Numbered from the whole stretch's first letter, positions 14,029 to 27,184 are shown. The stretch: 63,160 nucleotides of DNA, filler included, from Octopus bimaculoides (GCF_001194135.2; 4 parts of 4 records of this genome joined end to end with filler, not necessarily neighbours in it); one strand, 5' to 3'. Notes: a model not told the origin generated them from the letters alone. Program-made: numbers and translations.

Positions 14029-15311
14029 TTGGGTTGTCCGGAAAGTTCGTGCCGATTTTTAAAGGAAAGAAAAAGGTCAATAAATACTTGCCATTACATT
14101 TTTAATCAACCGAATATGAACCAGTTTGTTGCACAATGCGTCTCCATCTTTCCCTTAACTTAAAAATACCGTCTTCCCAGAATTGAGGTGGTTTCACGGC
14201 AAAGAATTTATCAAGGTATCTTTTTACGTCATCCAAGGAATTGAAATTTTTACCTTTAAGATTATTCTGCAGAGACCTGAATAAATGGAAATCCGAAGGA
14301 GCAATATCTGGTGAATATGGAGGGTGGGGTAACACATCCCAGTCGAGCTGCAGCAATTTTGTCTGGTTCCCAAAGAAACGTGCGGTCTTGTATTATCATG
14401 TTGGAAAACAACACCTTTACTGTTGGCCAATTCTGAACGTTTCTCTTGAATTGCTGCTTTTAACTTCTCCAGTTGTGTGCAGTATTTCTCAGAATTAATT
14501 GTCTGGCTACTTGGAAGAAGCTCATAGTACAAAATTCCTTTCCAATCTCACCAGACACAAAGCAAGACATTTTAAGGATGAAGACCCGCTTTTGGAGTGA
14601 CTAAGGGTGGCTCATGTCGCTTACTCCAGGATCGCTTTCTCTGAACATTTCGGTAGATAATCCATTTCTCATCACCTGTCACGATTTGCTTTTAAAAAGG
14701 CGCGTTTTCATTCCGTTTATAAAGCGAATCCCAGATGGAAATGCGATCCAAAAGGTTCTTCTCACTCAACTCATGTGGTACCCAAACATCGTAACGGTTT
14801 GTCTACCCAAGCTTTACCAGGTGCTCATGAACGACGGATTTTGATAGGTTGAGGCTTTCTGCCAATTCTCAGGTTGTGCAATGTGGGTTATTCTCAATTA
14901 ATGACTTGATTTGGTCATCATCTGTAGTGAATGGTCTGTCTGATCGTTCTTTATCAATAAGGCTACAATCTCCAGCTCAGAACCATGCGAACCACTTTCG
15001 TACAATTCTTTCGGATAAAGAAACATCACCGTAAACTGCGCATATTTCTTTGATTGCGTGTGAGGCATTTTTTCCTTTACGGAAAAAGAAAAGCATCAAG
15101 TGCCGAAAATGAACTTTCTTATCTTCCATTTTAAAGGGTTACAAAATTAACACAGGTTATAGGAACATAAACCTTCTTCCACGAAAATATAACTTAAACT
15201 GTGCTCTAAATGGAGGTGTAGTCAAATCCTATTTTATGGACTCAACCATGTTCTAAAATAAGTCGAAGGGTAAGCTACTATAAATCGTCACGAACTTTCC
15301 GGACAACCCAA
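14029..15311 (-). mobile_element. Full-length decayed mariner (DD34D) transposon, mellifera-subfamily-like
   Basis: 30-bp TIRs TTGGGTTGTCCGGAAAGTTCGTG(C/A)CGATTT with 1 mismatch; TA on both flanks; 1283 bp. Confidence 0.95.
14102..15129 (-). pseudogene. Mariner transposase pseudogene
   Basis: MEDKKVHFRHLMLFFFRKGKNA start; WVPHEL, TGDEKW, HDNTRPH and YSPDIAPSDFHLF motifs; several premature stops and at least one frameshift. Confidence 0.93.
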
Positions 15312-15364
15312 TACTATCCATTCATCCGTCCGTCCGTCCATCCATTTATCCATCCATCCATCTT

Positions 15365-15845
15365 CTCCGCCCACTGTTTCTAGGAGGGCCGTGGGAGATA
15401 GAGTCCTCAAATACCTCCATAGAGTCCTATCAGAAGTAACTCTTATTACACTTTCCGGCAGGATTCTCAAGCGTAACCAACTGAGATTATGAATATTATC
15501 CAACCATCTCATTTTTTATTTACTTATAGGTCTTCTGTCGGTTGTCTTGGCTTGACGAATCCGTCTTGCGATTCTTCCTGCGATATTCCAATCACTTCTC
15601 CGCAGTACTGGAATTGCAACCGCTCAGTAAGGAGAAATTGCAGCTTGATCTGGAGAGACTCACCATTTCCGAGCTACGCCCCTTGTCGAGTAAGGTTACT
15701 CTAAATCTCCTCCGAAGGAATCTCATTTTGACCGTTTGTATTCGCGATCGTATTTTTGCGGTCATTACCCAACATACATAACCATAGGTAAGGATAGCCA
15801 CGAAAACCGAATTGAAAATAGCGAGTCTGCTTTTTTGACCAACCT
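15365..15845 (-). mobile_element. RTE (Rex3/Expander-like) LINE 3' fragment
   Basis: ILTYGYVCWVMT..RSRIQTVKMRFLRR and RWLDNIHNLSWLRLRI..DRTLWR. Confidence 0.75.
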
Positions 15846-16552
15846 CATCTTCTGAGTAGATTAAATCTATTAGATTCTACTCCAGAAAATTTATTGATTT
15901 GTGTCAATATAAGAATACTATTATCCACCGTAAATTATATACCGCTTGCTCGGTTTTCATTAGTGCGATATTTGTATATAAGGAACTAATGAGAATAGGA
16001 CCACATTAAGCTTTTGTGAGGGCCAAAGCCTCTTATAAAGGGTTTAAGGATGAATATATGTAGATCAGCTTGTAAAGGTGATAAGGGTGGTAGTAGAGAG
16101 AAAGAATAATTGATATGAATAAAAGGATTATACTCGTTATACTGTTTGTTGCTTTGCTCCAGAGCTTGATATTTACCTGCTGGTTGATGGATTTGAAACA
16201 TTTAGGAAGTTAACCGTACGACTTAGACGTGGTAAACTGTGACGAATTTGAATGGGTGAACTCATCTTCTACAGACCCCGATTTCGTTTTAAAACGACAT
16301 CTAAGAACTTAAGGCTTAAATACTACGTTACACGAATTCATAATAGTGCTTAAATAAGATGCACACGTTAAATATACTTCCTTGACACACAACCCTAATA
16401 TAAAGCTGTACTGGGTTTATATTATCGTAAAAGAACAAGTGCAGAATCATTGAGTCGGAATTGGTAGCTTGCAAGCGTTTAATTTGAAGTGTCGTCTGAG
16501 TATCGAATCAACTTTAAATATCCAACGAATCTTAAAGGTACGATATGAGTAC

Positions 16553-16752
16553 AGGCATGGCTGCTTAGTTAAGAAGTTCGCTTTCCAAACACATGATTTG
16601 GGATTCAGTTCCTCAGCGCGGCACCTTGAGCAAATGTCTTCTATTATAGTCCCAGACCGACCAATGCATTGTGGGTGCATTTGGCTGATGAAAAGTGAAG
16701 GGAATCTCGTTTATGTACACTTACATTCATACATATATATGCATACAAACAT

Positions 16753-16808
<56 letters not shown>

Positions 16809-17410
16809 ACCATCATTCTTTTCCTGCACGGATGTTTAAAAGAACGGGCGTGTTTTTCTCTTTCTCTTCTATCTCTTCTCTTTTCAAAATGTTTCTCCCA
16901 GCGTTCACTATTTTCCTCTCGTTCTGGTCTAACGACTCCACCCCATGTTTGCTTTCGTTCGGTTTCCTTGTATGTCTCCACTGCCATTTCTTTGAAGACT
17001 CATATTGTTATTGAATGCTCGAAATGAGGCATAGATAGAAAACCGACAACTGAAGGGTCCTTTCTCTGTGTTTACTTGTCCTGTTTTCCATGTTTTCTTG
17101 GTGTTTACGTATTTCATGTTATTTGCACCGTTGATGACGTCCTGTACCCATATATGCATGTTTATACACACACATACACACACATATATCTGTGTATGTA
17201 TTTGTGTTTCTTCCCCACACCACTTGATAATCAGTGTTGGTTTGGTTACGTTCGCGTAACTTAGCAGTTCGGCGAAAGAGAGGACAGAATAAGTATCATA
17301 TTTAAAAAAATAGATACAGAGATCGATCTAGCCGACTAAAAGTCTTCAAGGCGACGCTCCAGCGTGGCCGCAGTCAACTGACTGAAACAAATTAAAGATA
17401 AAAAAAGAGT
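16553..17410 (+). mobile_element. Same SINE family, interrupted by about 340 bp inside its central microsatellite
   Basis: Head at 16553-16710 and 3' half at 17215-17410 in the same orientation. Confidence 0.65.
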
Positions 17411-17840
17411 AATAAAAGCATTTAACGCGCGGCTGCTGAAAATGAAAAGCCCAGCGCACACGCTACAGTTGTTCCTCGGTTAATACAGTATTGAATGGCA
17501 ACAAAAGTGTTGATATGGATTCACGGATCGATTCGCCTAACTGCTTTGCCTTTTCCAATAATATAATCAGCAGAAAAAATGTCTCTATTCTTTATTTGTA
17601 TTTATCTCTGAAATGATTAATGAAGGCAGGCTCGTATTGACGTCACACAATTCCTTATTTCAATGATTACTAACGTCATAGTAATTAATTAATTAAGCCG
17701 AAAACACCGGAAGGAATTATTGGGAAACCATAAAGTTATGGGTACGTGTATGCAATTCAGCATTTTCCCGTTGTTATTTGATTTCTCTGAAATTTACAAT
17801 TTCCAAGAGCTGTCCAGTATTGGACTTTAACCATTGATCT

Positions 17841-17910
<70 letters not shown>

Positions 17911-18480
17911 CCTTCCTTCCTTCCTGCCTAGAAATGCATTCTTTTCATGTATTTGATCAATTGAATAGCGAGCGTGTTTAATTGGCAAAAGACGACCATC
18001 CCCAAGTGTAACAATATGCTTTCTTTTCAAAAAATGTACTGAAAATGAATGTGACCTGTAAACAAGTTATGATCTCAACAAAACATGTTCGCTATTTCAA
18101 ATTCCCGTGTAAAGTGTATTTCCCCGATAAACTTACCCGTTTATGGTTTTGAGCACTTCAGAACATACATAGAAATATATACATATATTCCACGGTATGA
18201 GAAGAATATATAAATGCACGGAGTAATAAGTATACTTATTTCTCCCTACATTTATATACTCTTCTCATACTGTGCTCTTTATACATTCTGATTGAATCTT
18301 CCATGCGTCAACATGAACATCCTTGCGACAATGTAACCTTTAATTTAATCACGATATCCTTGGCCTGAAGGGTAGCCGGCGGTATACCACTTCTGAAGTT
18401 CCGCTCGCTATGAAACATATGTAGTCTGGATTTTTCTACTCCATTCCGTAACTCTTATATATATATATCTATATATATTT

Positions 18481-18824
18481 ACGCCTCACGCCATGAGGGA
18501 CTCTAAGGTCAGACTACTATAAAAAACACATTTTTACCGAATGCGAGGAAATGCAACTCTCAAAGCCAACCCCTTAAAGAAACGAACTAAATTATAGATC
18601 ATGATTTCGTAGTTATTGTAGTATTATACAACTTCTACTCGTCAGTATAATATGGTCCAGAAAAATAGAAATAAACAGTGAATCAACATACCAAACGAAC
18701 ACCATGTATCCAGCATAGCATATAGACGACTGGGGTTGGCTTTGAGAGTTGCATTTCCTCGCATTCGGTAAAAATGTGTTTTTTATAGTAGTCTGACCTT
18801 AGAGTCCCTCATGCCTTGAGGCGT
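18481..18824. mobile_element. MITE-like element with 93-bp TIRs
   Basis: 18481-18573 is the near-perfect reverse complement of 18732-18824. Confidence 0.85.
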
Positions 18825-18831
18825 TATTATT

Positions 18832-19550
18832 ATATAGTAATGCCCTTATATAAATATAGATATATATTTCGGGAATAAATGATGGATTTTTTCCCTTATG
18901 AAGTTTTTTTCACGCTAGCTACTTGATAAATTCTTGTAAAAGAATTCGTCCTATTATTGAATTTAAATATATATTTCGGGAATAAATGATGGATTTTTTC
19001 CCTTATGAGGTTTTTTTCACGCTAGCTACTTGATAAATTCTTGTAAAAGAATTCGTCCTATTNNNNNNNNNNNNNNNNNNNNNNNNNNNNNNNNNNNNNN
19101 NNNNNNNNNNNNNNNNNNNNNNNNNNNNNNNNNNNNNNNNNNNNNNNNNNNNNNNNNNNNNNNNNNNNNNNNNNNNNNNNNNNNNNNNNNNNNNNNNNNN
19201 NNNNNNNNNNNNNNNNNNNNNNNNNNNNNNNNNNNNNNNNNNNNNNNNNNNNNNNNNNNNNNNNNNNNNNNNNNNNNNNNNNNNNNNNNNNNNNNNNNNN
19301 NNNNNNNNNNNNNNNNNNNNNNNNNNNNNNNNNNNNNNNNNNNNNNNNNNNNNNNNNNNNNNNNNNNNNNNNNNNNNNNNNNNNNNNNNNNNNNNNNNNN
19401 NNNNNNNNNNNATATAGTAATGCCCTTATATAAATATAGATATATATTTCGGGAATAAATGATGGATTTTTTCCCTTATGAAGTTTTTTTCACGCTAGCT
19501 ACTTGATAAATTCTTGTAAAAGAATTCGTCCTATTATTGAATTTAAATAT
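18832..19550. repeat. About 107-bp tandem repeat spanning an N gap
   Basis: ttcgggaataaatgatgg.. occurs at 18868, 18975 and again after the gap. Confidence 0.8.
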
Positions 19551-19551
19551 A

Positions 19552-19744
19552 TCTATATCTATATATATATATATGAGAAAACGGAGAGGATATGATGACC
19601 GTCTGTCGATTTTATATCCTCTCCGTTTTCTTATTTGCCGTATAAATCAAGGGTAAACCACTTGTTATCCCTGCCCATATATAATGCCCAAATGCAAAAT
19701 TGCCATGCACTTTGGATATGAATAATTGGGTACACTACTACTAG
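19552..19744 (+). mobile_element. Possible non-autonomous Helitron/HINE-like element
   Basis: A|TCTATAT start, perfect 18-bp inverted repeat at 19576-19593/19614-19631, and a ..gggtacactactaCTAG end. Confidence 0.35.
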
Positions 19745-19870
19745 CAGTATATTGGATAGGTACTATCCCTTAGTTGTTTTCTCAACCTCTAACTCATACA
19801 GATATATATATATATATATATATATANNNNNNNNNNNNNNNNNNNNNNNNNNNNNNNNNNNNNNNNNNNN

Positions 19871-19882
19871 TTAATTAATTAA
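19871..19882. other. Artificial assembly spacer TTAATTAATTAA
   Basis: Same 44N-12mer-44N layout. Confidence 0.92.
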
Positions 19883-20003
19883 NNNNNNNNNNNNNNNNNN
19901 NNNNNNNNNNNNNNNNNNNNNNNNNNAGGTTGCTATATTAATAAATATTAGTATAATTTAGTCTGGTAATGTGTGAATGTATGCCTATATGTCGTCTCAT
20001 ATG

Positions 20004-20042
<39 letters not shown>

Positions 20043-20486
20043 GTCTCTATAAACTGATATTTCTCTAGTTGCGTATATAATTCTATAAGTATACAAGCAT
20101 ATGTGTATTGGCTACAGGCATTTTATTATATTTCCAATGTAAATTATTGCATATAATTTCATATTCATTACAATTTCAATGCAATGAATAATTCCTAAAA
20201 AAAAACAATACCATCCCTCCTTCCCTCTCTCCACTCTCCTCTCTCATTCGTTCAATCTCTGTATATTTGTCAATGTTCTCAATATACATACACACACACA
20301 CACATGTATATATATGTATATACTTATAAATATATATATATATGTATATGTATATGTGAGTGTATGCATGTATATATACATATTATACAACGTAGATAAA
20401 TATATATACTTATATATCAATATATACTTATCTACGCTTAGATATATATATATACACATATACATACATACATATATCTGACAGTT

Positions 20487-20521
<35 letters not shown>

Positions 20522-21400
20522 GTATCTCTCTATCTCTCTCTGTATCTCTATCTCTCTCTCTGTATCTCTCTCTCTCTCTCTGTATCTCTCTCTCTCTCTC
20601 TGTATCTCTCTCTCTTTATCTCTCTCTCTCTCTATCTCTCTCTCTCTCTCTCTCTCCCTCTGTTTACGGTTATTTATATATGTTGTTTCTATTGTTCTTT
20701 TTCGTCTTTTGTTATGTAAATATATATTTTTTATATGTATTTCATTGATTATTTGTTATTTCTCTCTTTATCTTAATATTTATATTATAACTGATTTTTT
20801 TATATCATGTTTCGATGTCCCGTCATATAAACATACATATATATGTGTATATGTATGGAAGAAGATAATTACACATGTATATATATGTGCATATGTATGT
20901 ATATATGATGCTGTGTAACATAGCTCTATTCACATATATGACCATATACACGTGTATATTTTTATTTTCGTACATATATAACATTTATGTAATATATCTA
21001 TACATATATTTATATGTAATTAACTATATACATATATATNNNNNNNNNNNNNNNNNNNNNNNNNNNNNNNNNNNNNNNNNNNNNNNNNNNNNNNNNNNNN
21101 NNNNNNNNNNNNNNNNNNNNNNNNNNNNNNNNNNNNNNNNNNNNNNNNNNNNNNNNNNNNNNNNNNNNNNNNNNNNNNNNNNNNNNNNNNNNNNNNNNNN
21201 NNNNNNNNNNNNNNNNNNNNNNNNNNNNNNNNNNNNNNNNNNNNNNNNNNNNNNNNNNNNNNNNNNNNNNNNNNNNNNNNNNNNNNNNNNNNNNNNTATA
21301 TGTGTGTGTGTGTGTATGTGTGTGTATGTGTGTATGTGTGTATCGAATATAAAGTTAATTAATAATGCATTACTGGGTGTATATTTTTATTTCATTCTGT

Positions 21401-21431
<31 letters not shown>

Positions 21432-21884
21432 TTTGGGAGACTACAACAAAAGAAATACAAGCTAGACCTTTCTTTAATAAAACATAAAAATTTCGTTTCG
21501 CTCCAGAAAGTAAATAAATTGGGTACATCAGACGGGTGTTTGTTTTCTATCTCTGTGTACCAAAATAGGTGATGGTTCAACCTCACTAATGTCTACTCTT
21601 GTCAGATCGTTCAAAGAAAGGGTTGACGACTGTCAACAGATAGGTTAGTAATTCATAACTATTCTTAACTTATATGTTTATCATAAATATTTATTTGTAT
21701 CACGTGATAATTCACGATACTTCTCTGTTTTCTATTATATATACATATGTTCGTGTGTGAACGCGTCTATGCAGGTATTTGTATACAGATCTGAAGATAT
21801 ATATATATATATATATATATGTACATACTTTGAATGGAAAGGAGTGAAAGAATGCCCAAAATATATGTAGGAATATGTGGGAAT

Positions 21885-21910
<26 letters not shown>

Positions 21911-21915
<5 letters not shown>

Positions 21916-22318
21916 AAGAGAAGACACTGGGTTACCTTGCCGGCTGGTTACAGAAAGGCTAATCTAATAACTTGTTACATACTATATAAGAGTGTAGAGT
22001 TAAAGGACCATGATCTACGAAAATTTATGTAATATGTATGAAGGAAAAACGTGGGTGATGTTACTCGCCTCTTGAGTGAACGTACGTAATTCTTCTGTGG
22101 TTTTAGAGTCAGGATTTGACTGCTATTTTTTCAGCGTGGTGGTATCTCTTGATACCCTGTATTATAATTATACATACATATATATATATATATATTTAGT
22201 TGGTATATCCAAGAAGCTGAACATTGGCATTTCAGCTTTCTTGAAAGTTTCGTACCACTGTGTGTATAGCGTTGTGTCTGTATGTTTGTGTGTGTGTGTA
22301 TGTGTGTGTGTGTGTGTG

Positions 22319-22369
<51 letters not shown>

Positions 22370-22859
22370 ACGTTTGCCTAATTTCTCACTTGATGCCTTT
22401 GCATCCATATGTACCTGAAATAAATTCAAAAGGTCTACGTTATAATATGAAGAGATGAAAATGATGAAAATTTTGTGTATATGTGTGAGAGAAAAAGAGA
22501 GAAAAAGAGAAAGAAAAGGAAGAAAGAAACAAAAAACAAATGGAGAGTGAATGGCATATTGAATAGTAATACAAATACTCTCCTCGGACATGGAACACCT
22601 CAGGTTTTTGCTATACCGAGAACATTATTCCATGATTACGTATAATGCAACGAAAAGACATTACACTCTACAGAAAAGAATTACGTACGTTCATTCAAGA
22701 GGTGAGTAACATCACCCACGTTTTTCCTTCATACATTTTACATAAATTTTCGTAGATCATGGTCCTTTAACTCTACACTCTTATATAGTATGTGACAAGT
22801 TATTAGATTAGCCTTTCTGTAACCAGCCGGCAAGGTAACCCAGTGTCTTCTCTTTGTGT
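21911..22859. mobile_element. Fold-back element with about 184-bp TIRs
   Basis: 21911-22094 versus 22676-22859 are inverted with only a few mismatches; TSD not resolvable. Confidence 0.85.
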
Positions 22860-23013
22860 CAGTCGTGATATGTATTGTCTTTTTAGTCTTTCCTTTTGTC
22901 ACCAAATTTTCAAGGCTTTATTTTCTCATCGAATTTCCCAAGAAGTTGTTTGCTCCTTATCCTTATCAGGTATATTCTGGTTATTACTGCTGGTTGACCA
23001 ACTTCAAAGTTTG

Positions 23014-23057
23014 TTATGTCCCCTGTGTTATGTCCCCTGTGTTATGTCCCCTGTGTA
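23014..23057. repeat. 14-bp tandem repeat, about 3 copies
   Basis: gttatgtcccctgt repeated. Confidence 0.85.
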
Positions 23058-23339
23058 TTAAAACACATATCTGTAGCATAAAAATGGTTTTTCATATACC
23101 TCTTGATGTCGCAAGTTACAATGCCATATCTTAACAAAAAATAATTGAATGCATTTAACTTCTCTAGAATAACGGAACCTCACATTCAGTAATATAGTGT
23201 TGATTTCTGCTACGTTGTAAGATGCGATATCTAGAGCAGAAACAACATTGATCATAAATCCACTCGGCAAAACCTTACCAGGAAATAAACACCGACAAAA
23301 TTATTATAAAATTCACAAATTCATAAGAACATTGGATGT

Positions 23340-23760
23340 AATGCCATATGCAGTGAGTACAGATTTTGAGTCCAAATCCAACATATTTCACTTCTGCGTT
23401 TCTTCATTTTGTGGTTGATATGTTAACTACCCAGTCAATACAGGGCCCAATACACCTTTCGTTTATCCCTTCTTTCTTTATTTTCTCTCTTTCATTCTTC
23501 CTCAATTTCTTAATCATTGTTTCGGTCCGCATAACTTGGCTACCTTCAAAATTTGTAACGCTGGTCTTCCAAAATGTAATGCCCTCTGCATGCATGTCCT
23601 TTCATATTGTGCTAGACTGTGGTACTTATTTCCGATTTCTAACAAGTTGTATGAGATGCATGAGGCTGAAATCTTTTGACAACTGAGATCTGCCTTTGAT
23701 TGCAATGTTTTGCTCCACGCTGATCCTGATCGCGATAACTTACCATCATAATTGTTTACA
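23340..23760 (-). pseudogene. Possible decayed hAT (ZMYM/DUF4371-like) transposase fragment
   Basis: AIRISVEQNIAIKG..LIQLV.. and CIDWVVNISTTK*RNAEVKYV loosely resemble QNIAxRG and DETTDIS..EQLS..RYV; has in-frame stops. Confidence 0.3.
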
Positions 23761-24339
23761 CATTCATTCATTCCTTTCCAAACATTATTATACAAATCTA
23801 CCCAAACAAAAGTAGACTTGATAAATACTGTTTAAGACGATTAGATTGTTCGTTTGAAGTGGAATTAATCGCCTACTTTTAGCAGCTCAAGCTGAAAATA
23901 ACGATACATAAAGGCAACATGATGACATATTTCGCAGAAACATCTGCCATTTGTTAAATTTCCATTATAAGATATTTAGGAGCTTACAATGTACATCATA
24001 AAGGATGCGGCAGTAAAGTCTCTCGTACTTTACATGTATTTGCTCAGCTACACACAGTTACAAATGGTTATGCATAGCGAAATACAGGTGGACATATTTA
24101 AGCAATTATAGACACATTTACCCACCTATACACATGCCTTCAACGTATTCTCGGTTGTAGTTTTTGTTGGACACCGGTTCTATTTCTTCTGCCGCTGCAG
24201 CCGCTGCCGCCGCTAATTCTACCGCCGGCGCTGCTGCTGCCGCTGCTGCTGCTGCTGATGCCGACAACGTCACTCACCTCGATGGGCGTTTCGTGTCGTT
24301 CGCCAGTAGAAACTCAGTACACTGCAGTACACTCGCGCT

Positions 24340-25304
24340 TTTACACAGCCATATACAATTATCCTCAGCTATACATACATTTACACAGCTATTCGCATAC
24401 ACATGCATCTTCACGAAATTGCATTCACATTTTACGCGTTTATACACATCTTAACACAGATGCACACGTTTTACGCAGTTATACACAGCCATGTACATCT
24501 ACACAGAATTGCACACATATTTTCACAGCAATGAAGATGTATACACAACTACGCCCTCAGGTACACACAGCCATGCACAGCTACACTCATTCAACACACG
24601 TTTACAAAGCCATACACATCTACACCCTCTGCGCATACATTTATATATTTACACCACTATACAGAGTTACACATAGCTATACAGAGTTACACACAGTTAT
24701 ACACATCCATATGCAGCCATGAATGTCTATGCATTAATACGTAAATATTTTGTACAGCTGTACCGAATTCCTCCCAATGCACACATGGTAGCCTGCTTCC
24801 ATCGCTCTACGCAGCTACACACAGCTACAAGCAGCGACAAAGTGTTATACACATCTCCACACAATTGTACACACATTTATACAGCTACACACATTCTACA
24901 CACATTTCCAAAGCCATACATATCTACACTCTCTTCGCACACACATATATTTACACCGCTGTACAGAGCAACATACATCCATATATATACAATCATACAG
25001 CGATACAGTGTCATACATTTCTACACACAATTGCACTTACATTTTTCCAAGACATACTCAGCTATATACAATTATGCACAGCTATACGCAGCTGTGTAGA
25101 GCTACATACATTGTACACACATTTCCAGAGCCATACACATTTACACTCTATGCGCACATATATATTTAAACCGATATAAGGGGTATACACAACCGTACAG
25201 ATATACGCATAAATATGCGCATATATACACCATTATACAGTTAGATACAGCTATTTACAACAATACACAACCATATTGATCTACACTCCTTACACACACA
25301 CGTG

Positions 25305-25343
<39 letters not shown>

Positions 25344-25800
25344 ACATACACAGAGTTAAACAAAGCCATACACACCCATACATATCTACACGCAAATCTA
25401 CACACACACAGCAATTCAGAGCTATATAAGCAGCGATACACAGCTAGACTAATTGTACACACATATACACAGCCATACTCCTCAACAGTCCCTGTGCTCA
25501 CATTCATCTACACACAACTATACACAGTCATATATAGTCATACACATCTATACACAGATGCACCCATACTTTACACAGCTACACACTGCTAGACACAGCT
25601 ATTTACAGAGATACCCAGCCATATTCATCTACACACCATGCACATACATTTATATATATATATATATATATATACACCGTAACACAGAGCTACACACAGC
25701 AATTCACAGTCATACGCAGCCATACACAGATACTCACACGCACACACATACACACACACATTTTAGACAGCTATACACAGATTTACACGTCTTCTAAATC
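24340..25800. repeat. Degenerate CA-rich minisatellite array
   Basis: Recurrent acacagctata-like and aaagccatacacatctacac motifs. Confidence 0.75.
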
Positions 25801-26929
25801 ATTACACAACACATTATTACAGTGAAGGAGACCAAGACCGTTAAGAAAAATTAAAAACAAAAAAAGATGAAACAAAAAAACAAACAACAAAAACACCAGT
25901 GAAAAATGATATTCAAACACTACAGACGGTAATCATAGAAGCGAAACTGATTTATTTCCCAATATTAATTTTAATCGATGTGTTTTTTCTTATTGATTTT
26001 ACAGTAGTCAGTGGATAGTAGTAACAACAATAAATAAATAAAAATAATAATAAATTTTAAAATAAAGCAAAGTTAAAGAACAAAAATACATTTTTTTGTG
26101 GAGAGTGAGTTCTATTTTTATTTATTCATTTATTTTTTTGTTTTTTTGTTGTTTTTTTTCTGTTTTTCTTGACAAGGGTTATACAGGTCCAAAACCTTAA
26201 AACTGTTTCCAATTCCGCAGCCGAAGAAAGGAAGAATTATCCTTGTGTTGTTGTAGCTGTCGTTGTTACTGTTTTCATGTTCGTTGTTGTTGTTGTTGTC
26301 GTTGCTGTTGTCCTTTCCCTTCTTTCTCTCNNNNNNNNNNNNNNNNNNNNNNNNNNNNNNNNNNNNNNNNNNNNNNNNNNNNNNNNNNNNNNNNNNNNNN
26401 NNNNNNNNNNNNNNNNNNNNNNNNNNNNNNTTTTTTTCCGATTTTTCTGTCTCTATTCTTTTTTCTCTCTTTTCCCATCCCTCTTTCTCTTCCAAATCCT
26501 CCCTCACTCATACTCCATCTCCTTTTCTCTCAACTTCGCCCTCAATGACTCCTTGTAGCCCTTCTGATCCTACTCCGCTCTCTAGCATTCACTTGGCATT
26601 TACATTCCTGCTTTGACGTATCAAGGTTTTTTATTTATTTTTACATGTGTATGTGTAAATTGCGTTCAAATTTCGACACAAGACCAGCAGTTTATGGGAC
26701 GGGGCTATGTGGATTACATCGACCTCAGTGCTCAGCTGCTACTTATTTTATCAACCCTGAAGGGATGAAAGGGTAATGTTAACCACGGCGGAATTTTAAT
26801 TTGAATAAGTAAATGAATAAATATATTTGTACTTGCATGCACGTATGTATATACACACAGTAGGACACGCACACAGACACGCCCACACACACTTCTATAT
26901 TTCGTCGTCATATCCGAGAATTTAGTTTC

Positions 26930-27165
26930 TTATTTCTTTAATGCCCACAAGGGGCTAAACATAGAGCAGACAAACAAGGACAGACAAAGGGATTAAGTCG
27001 ATTACATCGACTCCAGTGCGTAACTGGTACTTAATTTATCAACCCCGAAAGGATGAAAGGCAAAGTCGACCTCGGTGGAATTTGAACTCAGAACGTAACA
27101 GCAGACGAAATACCGCTAAGAATTTCGCCTGACGTGCTAACGTTTCTGCCAGCTCGCCGCCGAGA
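26930..27165 (-). mobile_element. Second tRNA-derived SINE family, little-diverged copy
   Basis: Minus head ggcggcgagctggcagaaacgttagcacg, B-box-like gagttcaaattcc. Related copies at about 3480-3630, 10010-10175, 26660-26800, 28490-28580 and 31370-31510. Confidence 0.82.
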
Positions 27166-27184
27166 ATTTAGTTTCTTCTAAGCT

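Noticed and set aside
24164-24454. Poly-Ala ORF suggesting a transcription-factor N-terminus
   Set aside because: Starts at a non-ATG codon, runs into minisatellite and has no domain.
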